NCBI GenBank assembly: GCA_004431415.1
Contig: QPMI01000578.1
Span: 1 to 64,000, forward strand
Source of the DNA: Cyanophora paradoxa CCMP329
Lineage: Eukaryota > Plantae > Glaucophyta
Length of the DNA: 64,000 nt
Direction of reading: 5' to 3'
The notes beneath the pieces were generated by a model. The model did no database searches and had not been told where the DNA came from. It worked only from the letters and a program-made list of their open reading frames with translations. This document shows positions 35,344 through 49,487 of this stretch, piece after piece. The first letter of the stretch is position 1. Each line of letters starts with the position of its first letter. The position numbers and the translations under genes were made by a program.

Positions 35344-35831
35344 TCTTCGAGGTCAGGCCCCGCCCGGCGGCAGCGGCGGGCCGGATCACAGCAGCCGCGC
35401 CTTTCTTCTTCGCCTTCTTCTTCTTCCTTTGCGTTCCTGTTTGCTTCTTTTCGATGGAATGGCCCTCGCCATTCGCGCCCTTTTGATGCGGCTCCCGCCA
35501 TGAGATGCGAGCGGGCAGCTTTGTATGGCCTGTAGATAGCAATGCAGAGTCAGGAGCGCAGATCCTGCTTGTAGGGGGAATGCCGCGCGGGACCCCCCTC
35601 TTTCCGTTGTGCAGAGTGCAGATTTGAAATGTGATTTGATCGTACTTCCAATCGATACCGATGCCGTGCGCGTGGCAGTGGGGAGTGAGCACGGGTCGAG
35701 CCCGATTTGCGGCAACTGGCCTAGGCTAGGGGTGGCATGCTTGGCTGCTGCGAGGGCGGCACCGAGGGCCAGAACAACCGAGCGGACTGTATTGCACATG
35801 GTTACGGGGGGGCCGGCAGGGCCCCCGGGCC

Positions 35832-37145
35832 TCACCGGGACTTGCCGGAGGAGGAGGAGGAGGTGACGGAGGCGGAGCGGGAGGAGCGGGAGCGGGAGGA
35901 GGCCGACGAGGAAGAGCGGCTGCGGCGCTGGCGCTTGGGCGGCGAGCGGCTCCGCGAGCGCGACGGCGAGCGCCCGCGGCGCGCCGGCGGCGAGCGGCTC
36001 CGGCGGCGCGGCGGGGACGGGCGGCGGCCCCGCGCGGCGGCGAGCGGCTGCGACGGGGCGAGGAGCGGCGTGGGGAGGAGCGGCGAGGGGGGAGCGGCGG
36101 GCGGGGGAGCGGCGTGGGGGAGAGCGGCGGGCCGGACCCCTCCGAGGCGAGGGCTGCGGCGGCGCGGCGGCGGCGGGGAGCGACCCCGGCCCGGGGCGGG
36201 GAACGCCTGCGGGGGGAGGGAGCCCGACCGGCGAACGGCGCCGCGGGACCGGGGGGCCGCCGCGCCCGCCGCGGGGCGACGGGGAGCGCCGGCGGGCCGG
36301 AGGCGGCGACCGGGCGCCTCCGCCGCGCCGGGGCGCGAGAAGGCACTGCACGGTCACGACGTTGCCGTCGATCTGGCCCTGTGGCGCCGAAATGAGCGGA
36401 CGGCGGCGGTGCAAAAGGAGCGGCGGAAGAAGCTGAGCGAACCCCGTCCATCGACAGGCGCGCTGTCTCCGCATCGGCCTCCGCCTCGAACTCAACGTAC
36501 GCGTAGCCCTTGGGCAGGCCGACCTGCACACGCGGCGGGCTCGGCGCCCGGCGAAGGAACAGCGAAGCGGGCGGCGGACCCTTGGATCGACCGCCAGCTC
36601 GACTTTCTTCAGCTTGCCGAAGTGCCCGAAGATCTCCTCGAGGTGCGCTTGGTTGACATTGCGGGTCAGGCTGGCGACGTGCAGAGTGGTCTTCTCCCCG
36701 GCCTTCTTGTCCTTGCTGCTCGCGGTCGAAAACGCGAACGTGAGCGTCCGCCCCCACGAATGGCCGGCAGCGGGGCCCACCTCGGCGAGCCACTCCGCGA
36801 GCGAGATTGCCGCTCTTGCGACGCGCGCTTCTTGTCATCCGCGGCGGGAGACCTGAGACAGACGAGACGCGTGAGTAAACCGAGGCGTCGCGATACGCGG
36901 GCGGGGGCGGTCGGGGCCGAGCGAAGGCTCCAGATGCGGGCATCGAGCGGGTTCCGGGACAGCGGGCTCACTTTTTGCCTGCGGGGCTCCTGCTCCGCGA
37001 GCGGGAGGAAGACGAGGACCGCGAGGACCGAGAAGAGGAGCTCGATCGGGACCGAGACCTCGACCTGCGCCCGACCGCATTGCAGGGTCACGCCGATGCG
37101 CGAATGATCGCCGGAGAGAGGGAGAAACCCCCCGCACCGCGGCAT
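35832..37145 (-). CDS. RNPS1: RNA-binding protein with serine-rich domain (RNPS1/SR45 family), multi-exon
   Basis: RS-rich N-terminus; RRM LHVASLTRNVNQAHLEEIFGHFG...|LPKGYAYVEF...MDG|GQIDGNVV; RRSP-rich C-terminus ending SSSGKSR*. Confidence 0.88.
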
Positions 37146-37345
37146 CTCGTCCGGTTGCTCCGAAGCGTCCTGTACCCGGGCTTCAACCAAGTCGGAGGCG
37201 AAAGCAGCAGCGGCGCCTCTTCAGCTGCAGAGATAGCGATGGGGGGCTGAAATCGTCGTCGTCCGGCCGGCTAGATCAGGCGTTCCTGCACGGAGGGATC
37301 GGCGACTCGGAGCTAGGACTCGGGAGCGCTTGCGCCGGCCGGGCC

Positions 37346-40300
37346 ATGGCCCGCGCCAGCGCAGCGGCCGTCCTTGTGCTGCTCGTCATCCAACTAGGTG
37401 CCGCTGCCCCCCACGCCCAGCACTTGCCGATTCGAGTGCAATTTATATATATAATTAACGCCCGCGGCCGCGGCCTACGTATATACCACGTCAGCTGCTG
37501 CTCAGCCAGTGAGCTGGACTTGCGCTGGTTCGCGCTATCGCGACTCCGTCTGCGGTACGCACGGACCTGCCGCCGACTGCAACCCGCCTCGCCGAACTCT
37601 GGCCATGGCCATGCATGGGCGCAGACTGCAACTGCGGGGCCCCGGACCCAGGCGCGCCCCCTCCCCGAGCCGCGCATGCCGCCGCGTCTCTCACCGCTCG
37701 TAGACTGCGGCGCGGTGGCGGCTGGCTCTCACCCGTTCTGCGGCGCCGGAGCGCCCGCCGACGCCGGTCCGACCTCCGCGTTCGTCGCCGGGTGGGGCAG
37801 CGACGCCGGGGGCGCTTTGGGCGACGGCAGCCGTCCTTTTGCGACGATGCAGGCAAGCGCCCTGCGGGCAGCGCTCGCGCTGCGCTGGCTAAGCGAGCTT
37901 CGTTCGCGCAGAGGGCTCTGAACCTCTCCCGTGACGTCATCATCCTTCCAGGGCCCGCCCGGATTCGATGCGGCGCCCCCGTACCCCCGCTAACCCACTC
38001 CCCCCCCCCCACAGGCGCCTGGAGGGGACCGGGAACTGCGGGCTGCAGGTGACGGGGTACGGCGCGCCGCTGGTCGTGAGGGGCCACCCGGGGTACACCG
38101 CGGCCTCCGTCGACTGCGGGGCGGCGCGGGATCGGTTCCTGAGCGTTCCGAACGGGCCCAACGTGTTCCTCTCGGGGCTGACGGTCCTAAATGGGTACCG
38201 ATCCAGCGGATCCACGACTTTCGGGCCGGTGCGTTTGAATTAATTACTCCCTTCGAATCCACCGCTTGGTTCAAGGTTCTTGGCAGGGCCAGTCCGCCGC
38301 GGGGAGCGGCGGCGCTCTCAGCTTCGGGACGTCGAACGCGACTCTAAGCGTCGCTTCCTGCCGCTTCCTCAACAACTCCGCGGGTTCGAATCCGCCGGGG
38401 CCCACTTCTATCCTCGGGAGTTATTCGAATCCCCTGGCCCGCCTCGCAGAGGCGGGCGGCGCCATTTACGTATCCGCCTCCTCCGACGTCACCATTCGTG
38501 ACTCAGAGTTCGTCGGAAACACAGCCGGTACCCTCCCCCCCCCCACACCGCCGTAGATTCCGCGTACCCCGGCTTACGAGCCCGGGACCACAGGCGCGAC
38601 CGGGGGTAGCAGCACGCCGCAGGGGGGCGCTGTCCTTCTCTCCTCCGCTACGGCGGTGGGCGGACCCCACCCGCTGCTTCATGTACCCCTTTCTCACCCT
38701 GTTCTCCCGGGCCCCAGATATCCATCCGGAACTGCTCGTTTTCCTCGAACCGCGCGGTCGGCAACTCGACGGGGTGGGCGGGGGTCGGGGGGGCCCTGGC
38801 CGTCACGGTGCGAGCTTTGTACCCCCCTCCCCCCCTCGCCCGCCTCCCCTCTCAAAGCCCCTCCTCCAGACCGGCGGCGGCGGCGGCGGCGGCGGCCGTG
38901 GGTTCGCATCCTCCAGCACCTCCGTCGCCATCGAGGGCTGCGCCTTCGAGTCGAACGTCGCGGGTTCGGCTCCCCGCAACGCCCGTTTTCATTCCTGCGC
39001 CCGACGCGGGCCCGCAGAGGCGGCGGGCTCGGGCACGCCCGCGGGCCTCGGCGGCGCCGTCGCCTGGTACCCCTCCCGGAAGCTCGGGGCGCCCCTTTTC
39101 TTCTGAATGCTGTACCCCAGGCTCGGCAGCGCGGCCCCCGGATCCTCTGCGGGGGGGGAGGGCGCCCTGTCGATCGCCCGCTGTCGCTTCGTCGCCAACA
39201 CGGCCGGTATCCCCCCACCGCGCTTCCTTCCCGCTCTCGTACCCCTCTCAGGCCCGTCCGTCAGTGGGGTACACGGTGGACAGCACTGGTCACGGGGGGG
39301 CCATCTTGGTCTCGGCCGCCCGCACGGTACTCCGTTCTCGCTGAAAATGTACCCCGCCCCCCAACGTCGTACCCCAGGTCGCGATCGTGGATTCGTCCTT
39401 CGTCTCGAACGTGGCGGGTGCGGGCGGGACGAAATGATGCGTACCCCTCCCCCGCCCCTTCCGACTCCCTTTCGCCGCAGTCGGGGGGTACTCGTCGTCG
39501 ACGGGCCTAGGGGCGGCGGCGGTGATTGACGTAGTCGCTTCGCTCTCCGTTGCGCGGTGCTCCTTCCTCTCCAACTCCGTCCGTGCGCGCACCCCCCTCC
39601 CCTACCCCCAAACTCCACTCTATTCGCTTCCCATCTCACGATCGCTCAAGAGGACAAGGGTACCGACGCGATTCACGGGCCCGATGGTACCCTCTACGTA
39701 TCCGCCGGATCGGGGGGTACACTCGATGCCCTCAACTTCACCCGAAACAGCGGTGCATTTCATTTTTCTCTTTCGTCTTTGCGCCGAACCCCGCGACTGA
39801 CACCTCCCACCCCCTCGCGCGCCTGCAGTTCCCGGCGATTGCTCCGCGCTCGCGTTCTATGTGCGCGTGTACCCTCCTCGCCCTTCTGACATGGCTTCGT
39901 ACCCGCCCCTGATCGGCGTTAGGCGACGCTGGGTCCCTTCCTGATCACGCGGCTTTCCCTGGAGGGAAACGCGGCCGGGGGGGTAGGGGGCTTCTGCGCA
40001 TTCTCCTCCGGAGCCGCCGCCGCCCGCGTCACCCTCGAGGCGCGTACCCCTCCTTTTCCCGCGCTCGAGCACTTCCCCATTCTAAATCGTGTACCGCTGC
40101 AGGATGCGTACTTCGCGGACAACACGGCCGGCGTCTACGCAGCGGCGATATACTCGGTAACCCCCAACCAAGAGGCTTTGCTTCGGCGCGCGCGACTCGA
40201 GCGTTTTCGGCGCAGGCGTCGTTCCCCGTCGTCTGCCGCCGCTGCCGCGTCTATCGCAACTACGCAGCGAGTGCGTGCAGAGGGGGGTACTGCTTCATCT

Positions 40301-43300
40301 TGAGGGAAGTTACAAATTAAACCCGCGGGCCGCAGGCGGGGGGGCGATATCGACGCAGGGCACTATGCCCCTCGACATCGTCGATTCCGACATGCGCGAC
40401 GCGCGTACCCCCTTTCTCCAGGTGGTCCTGTACCCCCCTTACGTCTGTTTTCCTCCGGATCCCGCAGAACGTCGCGAAGACGTCGGGGGGTATTGCGTTC
40501 ATCTCCAGTGGTGATCCCCGCCTCCTCTCGAAAAGCCTCCCGGCCGGATTCGAACCCGCGCGCTTCCGTTTTTCCCCCAGGCGTCCTTCGGTTCACGAAC
40601 TGCACGATGCGGGGCTCGCGCTCGGAGCAGGGCGGCGTCGGTACCCCCCTCGGCCCCTCTTTCCTCTGCTTCGAACCCCGCTCGATCCTGAATTCACGTA
40701 CCCCTCAGTTTTCCTGTACTTCGGGACCGTCTCGATCGACCGCTCCCGCCTGGAGGACAACTTCGCCTCGGCCATCGGGGGCACGTACCCCATTTCATTG
40801 TCCATCCCTTCGCTTGGTTCTTCTTACCGGTACCCCTGCCTTCGTGTAGGTGCGGTGTACCTGATCAACGGCGAGATGGCGGGTGCGCCGCTGGCCTCGC
40901 GCCCTTCGCCTTTTTGCTTGCCTGCCCTCCTGAGCGGCCGGCCACAGTGTCCGACTCGGCTCTGACTGGGAACGGCGCGCGGGTGCGGCATCGCTGCCCT
41001 CGCCCCACGCCGACTGTACCCCGCGGGGCCGATCACTGTACCCTTCTCCATCCTCTTGGCGCAGGGATCCGGCGGCGCGATCCACCTCACGAATCCCCTG
41101 TCCAAGCTCGCCATCACGCGCTGGTATGTATCCACTTAAGCCATCCGGACTCTCCCCCCTCCCCCCTCGACCTTTTCGCCCGCAGCCGCTTCGAGCGCAA
41201 CTCGGCCGGCATCTTTAACGGCCACGGGGGTACAGCAAAGTTCCCTCCATCGATCCCGTACCCCCGATGACCCTGAACCCCCCAGGGGCCCTCATGTTCG
41301 ACTCGCCGTCGATCGAGCCGCCTCTAATCTCCGACACGTCCTTCGTCGGTGATTGGCGTACCCCTCCTGTGCATCCCGTACCCCTCAACTTCTCTTCTCT
41401 CCCCCACCTGTCAGGAAACTCGGCTATCGAGCGCGGCGGAGCCATCTATGTCGGTCGGCCTACCCCCTTTCCGCCATCGGGCACCCCCCTCAAAGCCCTT
41501 CTGTACCCCCCGCAGGAAACACGGCCGTCGTTCGCTTCGAGCGATGCCTCTTCTCGTCGAACACGGCCCACGCGGGGGTACCCCCGGCCCCTATTAAACC
41601 CTCCCCCCCCCCCCCCGCCCCGCCCCCCTTCTCAAACGTGCCCCAGGGGGCCCTTACAGTTGACGCTCTCGGGACGGCGCGCGTATCCGAGTCTTCCTTC
41701 GAATCCAACCGGTGCCTCTCACCGCGCGTCCTGTACCCCCACCTCCTATCTAAAAATAGCGCAGGGCGGACGAGTTCGGGGGTGCACTCCTCGTCGCCGG
41801 CCTCTCGTCCCTCGTCATCTCGGCGCGTACCCCGGGGAACTCTCCGCTTCATTGCCCCGCCCCCCCCCCCCCCCCCCCACCCCACCCTCCCTCCTTTCTC
41901 TGAGGCTCTTTTCGGCAGGGGGGAACGATTGCAGGGAACCGGGCCCAATCCGGCGGGGGTATGGCCGTCATCGTTTCGGGGTCCGCCGAGGCGCGCCGTT
42001 TTCCGTACCCCTCCCGAGGCCCCCTCTGGCCCCCTCGAATTCGATGCAGGTGACGGGTACCGCGATCCGCGCCAACGAGGCGACTGGCTCGGGCGGGGGA
42101 CTCCACGCCGCTGAGAAGGTGTACCCCCCTCACTGCTTCCCCCGCCCGTACCCCCTTCGAGCCGCCCGGCAGGCCACCGCCACCTTCTCGTCGGTCGTCT
42201 TCGAGTCCAACGTCGCCGCCGGTGCCCTGTACCCCCCTTCGCTCTCCCTCGTACCCCTCTCTTCTCAGTTCTTCTCGCTTCGAATTCGCGCAGGGGACGG
42301 GGGCGGCGCGCTGCTGGCGGCGGGGCGGCGGGTCGCCCTCGGGGGCGCCCGCTTCGTTCGCAACTCGGCCGCCGTCCGCCCCGTCCCGCCCCGCCCCGCC
42401 TCCGTCCGCCCCCCGCTGCTGCCTCAAAGACCTGCCGCATCGCCTATCCCTCCCCACCCGCCGGCCTCACGCCCTCACGCCTCGCTGCTGTCTTTGAAGA
42501 CTCGCGCCTCGCCTCGCCCCTCACGCCCCGCCGGCCTCCTCCCCGCGCAGAACGGGGGAGGCTTCGCCTACCACTCGGGGCCCGTCCTGGTGCGAGGCTC
42601 CGCGACCCTTCCCCCCCCCCCCCCCCCCCCCCTCCTTCCCCCCGTCCCGGGCCCGGTCCGGACGGCGTCGAGAGGAGCCGCCAGACAAGGTCTCCTATAG
42701 GGCGGGAAGGGGAAGGAGACGAGGGGTGCAGATCCAGGGGGACGCCGCCGCTTCTCGAACGGAGGCACGCCTAGCGCCTCCGCCTAGTGTCTCAGTGCCG
42801 GCCCGGCCTGGGGCGCCTCGTCCCGCCCCGTCTGGGCGCTTTAGGCCCGAAGCCGGCCCCCGCGAACGAAGAACGAAGCGCCGTCTGACCATCTCCGCCC
42901 TCCGCTAACCGCGGCCGCAGGCGGGGAACGGGAGCGCCTTCGAGGGGAACCGCGCGGCCTCCGCGGGGGGCGCCCTCCACGTCCGCAGGCAGGTGCGCCG
43001 TGGCCGCCCCCTCCCCCGGCCCCTTCTGCTTTCTCCTCCGAATCTAAGGCTACTATTCCGCTCGCCCGCCCCGCCCCCTCCTCCTCTCCTACTGCACTCC
43101 TTCCTGCTCTTCAGCTCCCTCTCCTTTCTTTCTATAGCCACTCTTCATCTATCTCCTTTTCTTTCTCCTTTTCTTTCTCTCTATAGCTCTTTAGCTACCT
43201 CCCTCACGCCCCGGCCGCAGGCGGGGAACGCCTCCTTCTGCGACGAGCTCCGCGTCGACGGCGCCGCCTTCGTGCGCCCCCCTCTCATCTGATCCGACCC

Positions 43301-46300
43301 GATCCGATCCGACCCGACCCGCCCTCCCGCGCGCGCGCAGGCGGGGAACGCGGCGGGGGCCTCCGGGGGCGCGCTGTACGTCGAGGCCCCCGGCAACTGC
43401 ACGGGCCGGGCCTGCCCGGGCTGCGCCTTCGAGGCGAACGCGGCGCCCCACGGGCCCGACATCGCCTCCGCCCCGGTGCGCCTCGGGCGGGCGGGCGGGC
43501 TGGGGCCCCGCCCTCCGCAGGGACCGATGGGTCGGGCCTCCGCTTCGGGCCGTGCCCGGGTCCCTTGCGGGGGCCCCATACACAGGCTCTCGATGCGGGC
43601 CCCGCCCTCCTAGGGTGCTCGAGAACGCTCGCGTGCCTAGGATCGGGCATCGGCTTTCGCCGGTGCATTCTGGTGGCCGGGCCTGGCCCGGGTCCCCTGC
43701 GGGGGCCCCGTACATAGCTGTCGGGATCGAATCTCACTTGGGACCGGCCCCCTGCTGACCCGGCCCGCCCACTGCTGACCCGCCCGCCCCCGCCCCGCCG
43801 CGCAGGTGGCGCTGGTGCCCGCGGCGGGGGAGCTCGCGGGGGCCTCCGGGGAGGTCCTGCCCCCCCTCCGCGTCGCCCTCCTCGACGCCTTCGGCCAGGC
43901 ACGCGTACCCCCGCCCTGAGGGGGGTAGAGGATAGGCTAGAGCCCGCTTAGAACGAGGGCGATTCTGCTAAGGACTGGGCGCCCCCTCTGACGGCGGGGC
44001 GGGGCGGCAGGTGGCGGCGGCGGACAACGCCTCGTACGCCACTGTCATGACCTTCGACCCCGGCGTCCAGCTCAAGGGCCCGCCCTTCTCCCGCCACCTA
44101 AGGGTCCATCCGGGCTGGACGGATAGCCTTAGCCTTAGGTGGATAGCCTCGGCTTAGATGGATAGCCTCTACTCGAAGGCTATGCTCAAGGGCCCGCCCT
44201 TCTCCCCGCTCCCGGCCCGCGCCCTCCCCCTCCTCGCTCTCTCTCCAAGGGCACCGACCCTCCCCCCACCCCCCTCCTCGCCCCGCCCCGCCCCCTGCAC
44301 CCGTCCCTCTGAGGGGCGGGCGGGCGGGCAGGGACGGCGCTGCTGCAGCTGCAGGGCGGGGCGGCCGCCTTCTCCGACCTCGTCCTCAATGCTCAGGTGG
44401 GGGCGGCGGGGCCGGGATCAGATGGAGGAAGGCGGAAGGACGCTCTAGATCTCGAACGAACGAGGCGCCGGCGCCCCCCGGGCCCCCTCCGCTCGCTAAC
44501 CAACGGGACGGGCAGCCGAACGGGAGCTAGACGGTGTGGGCCTTCAGCGGGACGGGGCCCGACGCCTTCCGCGCCACCGTCCCCGCCCTCCTCCGCCCCT
44601 GCAGGCCCGCCCTAGGCCTTCCTATCTTCCTTCTCCTCTCTTTCTCTTTCTCTTCTCTCTCTTAAGCTTTCTTATCTCTTTCTCTGTGCAGGAGGGGCGA
44701 GGTGCAGCTCCCGGGGACGTCCGTCTGCACCCTCTGCCCCCCTGTCCGCCCCGTACCCGGGCCTTCTTCCCCCCCCCCTCCCCCCCTCTTCTTTACATAA
44801 GTTTACCCTTTTCCAGGGGTCCTACAGCCTCGCGACCGCCACGCGTGACCTCACGTGCCTCCCCTGCCCCGAGGGCTCCACCTGCCATGCGCGTACCCCC
44901 CTCCAGGCTTCTTCCCCCTCCACACCTCCCCCTAAGGGGACTTAGCGCAGGGGGACAGCCTGGCCTCCCTGCGGGGGTACTGGCAGGCGCCCTGGAACGT
45001 CACGCGCTTCATCCCCTGCGTGAATGACGCGTGCCTTCCCAACTCCACCTGCGCCCCGGGGTACGGGATTGGAACTTTCTGGTTCTTGTACCCTGATCGG
45101 CCCACCCTTCAGGTACGGCGGGAATCTCTGTACCGTTTGCCAGGCCGGGTACGGCCGAGCCAACCGCTTCGACTGCCGCCGTATCCGTCTTTGCGTTGCT
45201 CTCCCCCGCTTCTTCCTCTGACTGGCTGGGATCTCAGAGTGCCCCCCCGGGGCCCAGAACGCGGTGCTATCCCTCGCCGCCGCCCTTCTCCTCGTCCTCC
45301 TCGCAGCCCTCATGGCACGTACCCCCCCCCCCCCCCCCCCCCCCCCTTCTCGTTCTCTGATGACGCCCCCTCTTTTGCAGGTCCGCTCCACGATGAAGAA
45401 CGGTGCACGCGTACCTGTACCCCTTTATTGGTCCTCGCACCCCGTACCCCTGACGTCTCCGCCCGAACAGCGCTGGACGAGAGGAGTACAGCGTCCATCC
45501 TTATCAAGATTTTCCTCAACTACGTCCAGGCTCGCGTACCCCCTCACTTCCCCCCCCCTCATCGCCCCCTGACCTTCCCATACCCCCTCCCCTCCCCGCA
45601 GATCATGACCTTCTCCCAGGCCTTCGACCTCCCCTGGGTCCCCTCGCGCCGTACCCCCCGGACTAACCGGCCGCCGCTGAAGGGGGTACACCCGCAGCCC
45701 AACTCGCTGAAGGACATCTTCCGGATACAGGAATACTCCACCGCGCCCCTCTCCTCCATCATATCCATCGTACCCCCCTCCCCCCCTCCCGCCTCCCCCC
45801 TCCCCCCTCCCCCCCCCCGCCCCCGCCTTCCGCCGCCTTCAGCTCTTTCTCTTTCCTTACAACTTTTCGATTCAGGACTGCATGCTCCGCCCCTCCGGAA
45901 GCAGCGTCTTCTTCACGCGCATCCTCCTCTACGTGAGTCCGTACCCCCCTTCGTGCGATCCGGTACCCCCCACGACGCCCGCGCCCCCCGCAGGCGATCA
46001 TCCCCCCCATCGCCGTCGCCCTCTGCGGGGCCTTCTGGACCCTCCGGGTACGCTGCCGCGCCCCTTTCCTTCCCTCAAGGGGTACAGCCACCCTGAACAT
46101 CGCTCGCTCAGAGCTCCATCACGCTGTACTGGAAGCGCCTCCGGCGGGCCCTGCTGCGGCCCTTCCGCATCCTCCTTCGGCGGCGCGGGGGTACGGGGGG
46201 TACGAGGAGGCGCACCTCCTCGTACCCGGGCTCGGTCGACGAGGGGGGGCCCGGGGCGGCGCCGGACCCTCTCGCCCCGGAGGCCGCGGCCCCCCAGGCC

Positions 46301-49300
46301 GCCGCCTTCCCCCCCCTGAAGAAGGTCCGCCCCTCTGTACCCTGTACCCCTCCCCATCCCACGCCTTCCTTCTAAGCGAACGGACGAGCCGCAGGGCGAT
46401 GCGGCCGATGCGGACGAGGGGGGGAGAGAGGGGGCGACCTCGCCCTCGGCTTCGCCGGAGGAGCGGGCGCGGGCGCGCCGCGAGGCGCTGTCGGGCCTGT
46501 GGGAGAACTTCGTCACCTCGGTCCGCTGGCTTCTCGCTTCTCGCTTTAGAGCTTTCCTTGTCAGTGCTTGTTATATCCTTATTATTAGGTTCGCCTTGAT
46601 TCCGCCTGGGGCCTTTCCTCATGAAGATCTGTCTAGACCCTGTTTTTAGACTCTATCTTCGTCACGCCGGTCCCCGCCGGCCGCTCATAATATCTCTAGG
46701 CCTAGACCTGTCTCGATCTGTACCCGTCCCGCGCGGCGTCCCTCGCCCACTAAAGGCTCCGGCTCCCGACACGCCCCGCTCCCTGACGCCACCCCGCCCG
46801 CCCGCCCGCCCGCCCGCCCGCCAGGTCGTGATTGCGATCTTCCTTATCCGTGCGCCGGTCCCTCCTCCCCCCCCCCCTCCCCCCCCTTCTTTGCCGACGC
46901 CCGGGGCAGACCCGACGGTCTCGCGCGAGCTCCTCGGCCTCTTCGACTGCAAGGTGCCCGGTGCAGGAACTAGGACCTTTCATAGGACCCCGAGTCTTGG
47001 AGACCTTTCAATCTCGTTCTATCTATCTATCTATCTCTTCTTCTATCTTTCGAAATGTTATTGAAGCTACTCCAATGCGATTCAAGCTCCTATTTAAGCT
47101 GCTATTTATCTTTGTTTCTGCTCGTCCTCTTCGACTGCAAGGCGACCCGAATTCGTCCCCGATCTCTTCTCCGCGTGGCTGCTCTGCGCTTCTTGCCCGC
47201 CCCCCCCCCCCCCGCACCTCTATCCATCTCTATTCCTGCCCGCCCGCCCGTCCGTGTATCTATCTATCCATCTCATCCGCCTGGCCTGGCGGGCAGGACC
47301 TGGCCGGCCGCTCCTTCCTCAAGCAGGACATGCGCGCCCCCTCCCGGCCCCTCCCGGCCCCCCCGGCCCCGCCCCTGATCTATCTCCCCTTCTTACTTTT
47401 ACCCCCGTCGCCGCCCGTGCAGGAACATCGAGTGCTACACGACGGTGAGTGCTTAGACGGCGACAAGCGGCGATCCATAACTCGTAGTACTCATAACTCG
47501 AACGAGCCCGGTGGCCTTCCAGCGCCCCTCACAACGCCGCCGCAGGAGCACCTGGCGTGGGCGGTGGCGCTCGGCTTCCCCTCCGTCTCCGCCGTCTGCC
47601 TCGGCGTCCCCGTCGCCGGCCTCCTCGTGCGCCCCAAGCTAGACGCTCAGAGAAGACGCTTGAATGCTTAGAGCAGAACAGCCTTAGAGCCCACCCAATT
47701 CGTGGTCTGATCGCGACCGCGAGGGGGCAGGTGCTGGTGCAGAACCGGGGGCGGCTGGCGGACCCGCGCTTCCGCGCCATGTTCGGCTTCCTCTACCGGT
47801 ACCCCCGCTTGTTTAGGGGGGGGATTAGCAATAGGGGGGGGGGGGGGGGGGTAGCGCCTCTCGGTTTTAGGCATTGTTCTCGCCCGGGGGCGCTAGGAAG
47901 AGGGGGGATAGCCCCGGAGGACGGAAGAAGAAGAGGGGGAGGAAGAAGCTTGAGCGGAGCTAGATAGAAAGGACCCGCGAAGCCCTCCCCGTTCCGCTCT
48001 CACGGTCCCCCTGAGTCTCCCCCCCCTCTCCAGGGGGTAGGGGGGCCACGCGAAGCGCTCCCGACTCCGCTCTCGCGCCCCCCTCAGTCTCTCTCTCTCC
48101 CCCCCCCTTTTCCAGGGGGTACACGCGCCGGTTCTTCTTCTGGGAGGCGATCGTCATCTTCCGCAAGCTCCTCGTTGTCTTCGTCTCCGTCTACTTCAGG
48201 CTTGCCCGTACCCCCCACCCACCCTCCAACCACGTACCCCCTGTGCTCCTCCTGTAACCCGGCTCGCTCGCGCAGCGGGCGCTCGATGACGCAGGCACTG
48301 TTGGGCCTCCTCGTCCTCCTCGTCGTCGCGCTGTCCGAAGCCCTCGCGATGCCGGTCCGGCCTCCCCCCCACCCCCACCTTACCCCCTTCCCTACGCGTC
48401 AGATCCGACCCCTGAACCTGTACATGTACGTGTACCCCCCTCCGTTCGCAGTTCGAGCGCGCCTTCCTGAACTACGTCGACGTGGCCGCCGTCTCCACCG
48501 CCGCCTTCACGGTCTACGCGTGCGCCGAAAAAACACGCTAATTTTGGAGCTCTGGGAGACCTGCGGTCTGACACCCCCCCCCCCCCCTGTCCCCTTCGTT
48601 CGCAGAGGACTCTTCTTCTACAGCACCGAGGCGCGCCGCACTTTTCTGAGCCCCTCTGGACGTCCGAGCCGGCTCTAAGCGCCGTACCCCCTCTCCCCTC
48701 CTCCCCCCCCCGCCCCCCTCGCAGGTGACGGACGGGGACAAACAGAGCCTCTCGATCTGCCTCGTCGTCCTCAACTGCGCTTTCATGTACCCCCAAAAAT
48801 ACCCCCCCTCTACCCCCCCCCCCCCCCGAACGGCCCCGAACTTCGTTCGCTCGCAGGGCGGCCTTCTTCGCTGTGTTCGCGTGGGAGGCGCTGGGGGCGG
48901 CCTCGCGGCTGCTGCCGAGGACCGCCGCGGGGGCCGCCGTCCGCTCCTGGTCCATCGTGCGCCCTGTACCCCCCCCCTTCCCCCCCCACCCCCACCCCCC
49001 GCCTGGCGACCGCAGGCCTCGTACGGCGGCTTCGGGGGCGGCGGTCCGCGTGGCCGGTTTCCTCCCCCGGCCCCTCTCCATCGCCTCGTACCCGGTGCAC
49101 ATGCCCCCCCCCTCCCCCCCCACCCCAACCCACCCTCGCCTTTCAGGCTCGCTTCCGCTTACAGGGCGCGCGTTGGCGCAGGGTATGATGCGAGTGGCGC
49201 CGGCACCACTGGCGGCGCCACCGGCGCCCCCTCCGCCGCCGCTGCTCCCTTCGGCCCCTCCGCCGCCGCGTCGGGTCGGGACGGCCCGGGCTTTCCGGCG

Positions 49301-49487
49301 GCTTCCCCGTACCCGGGACCGGAAGCCGAGCCCCTCGCCCCGCGGGCCGGCGCCGCGCCTTGGGCCCTGCCGCCCTTGCGGGCCCCGGGGCGGCCCCCGT
49401 ACCCCCGAGGACGCGGAGCTGCTGAGCGTTCCCCGACGGCGCGGCCCGTTCCTCCGCCGCCCCCGCCGCCTCCCGAAGGGTTCCTGA
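37346..49487 (+). CDS. Large receptor-like protein: signal peptide, PMP-like right-handed beta-helix repeats, Cys-rich region, multi-pass TM domain (dozens of short exons; ends approximate)
   Basis: Repeated GGAI/GGAL and FxxNxA motifs at ~38290-43450; CLPCPEGSTC, GYWQ, CAPG|YGGNLCTVCQAGY; KIFLNYVQ|IMTF, LFDC, FLKQDM, FGFLYR|GY..FFFWEAIVIFRKL, PF...LNY. Confidence 0.75.
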
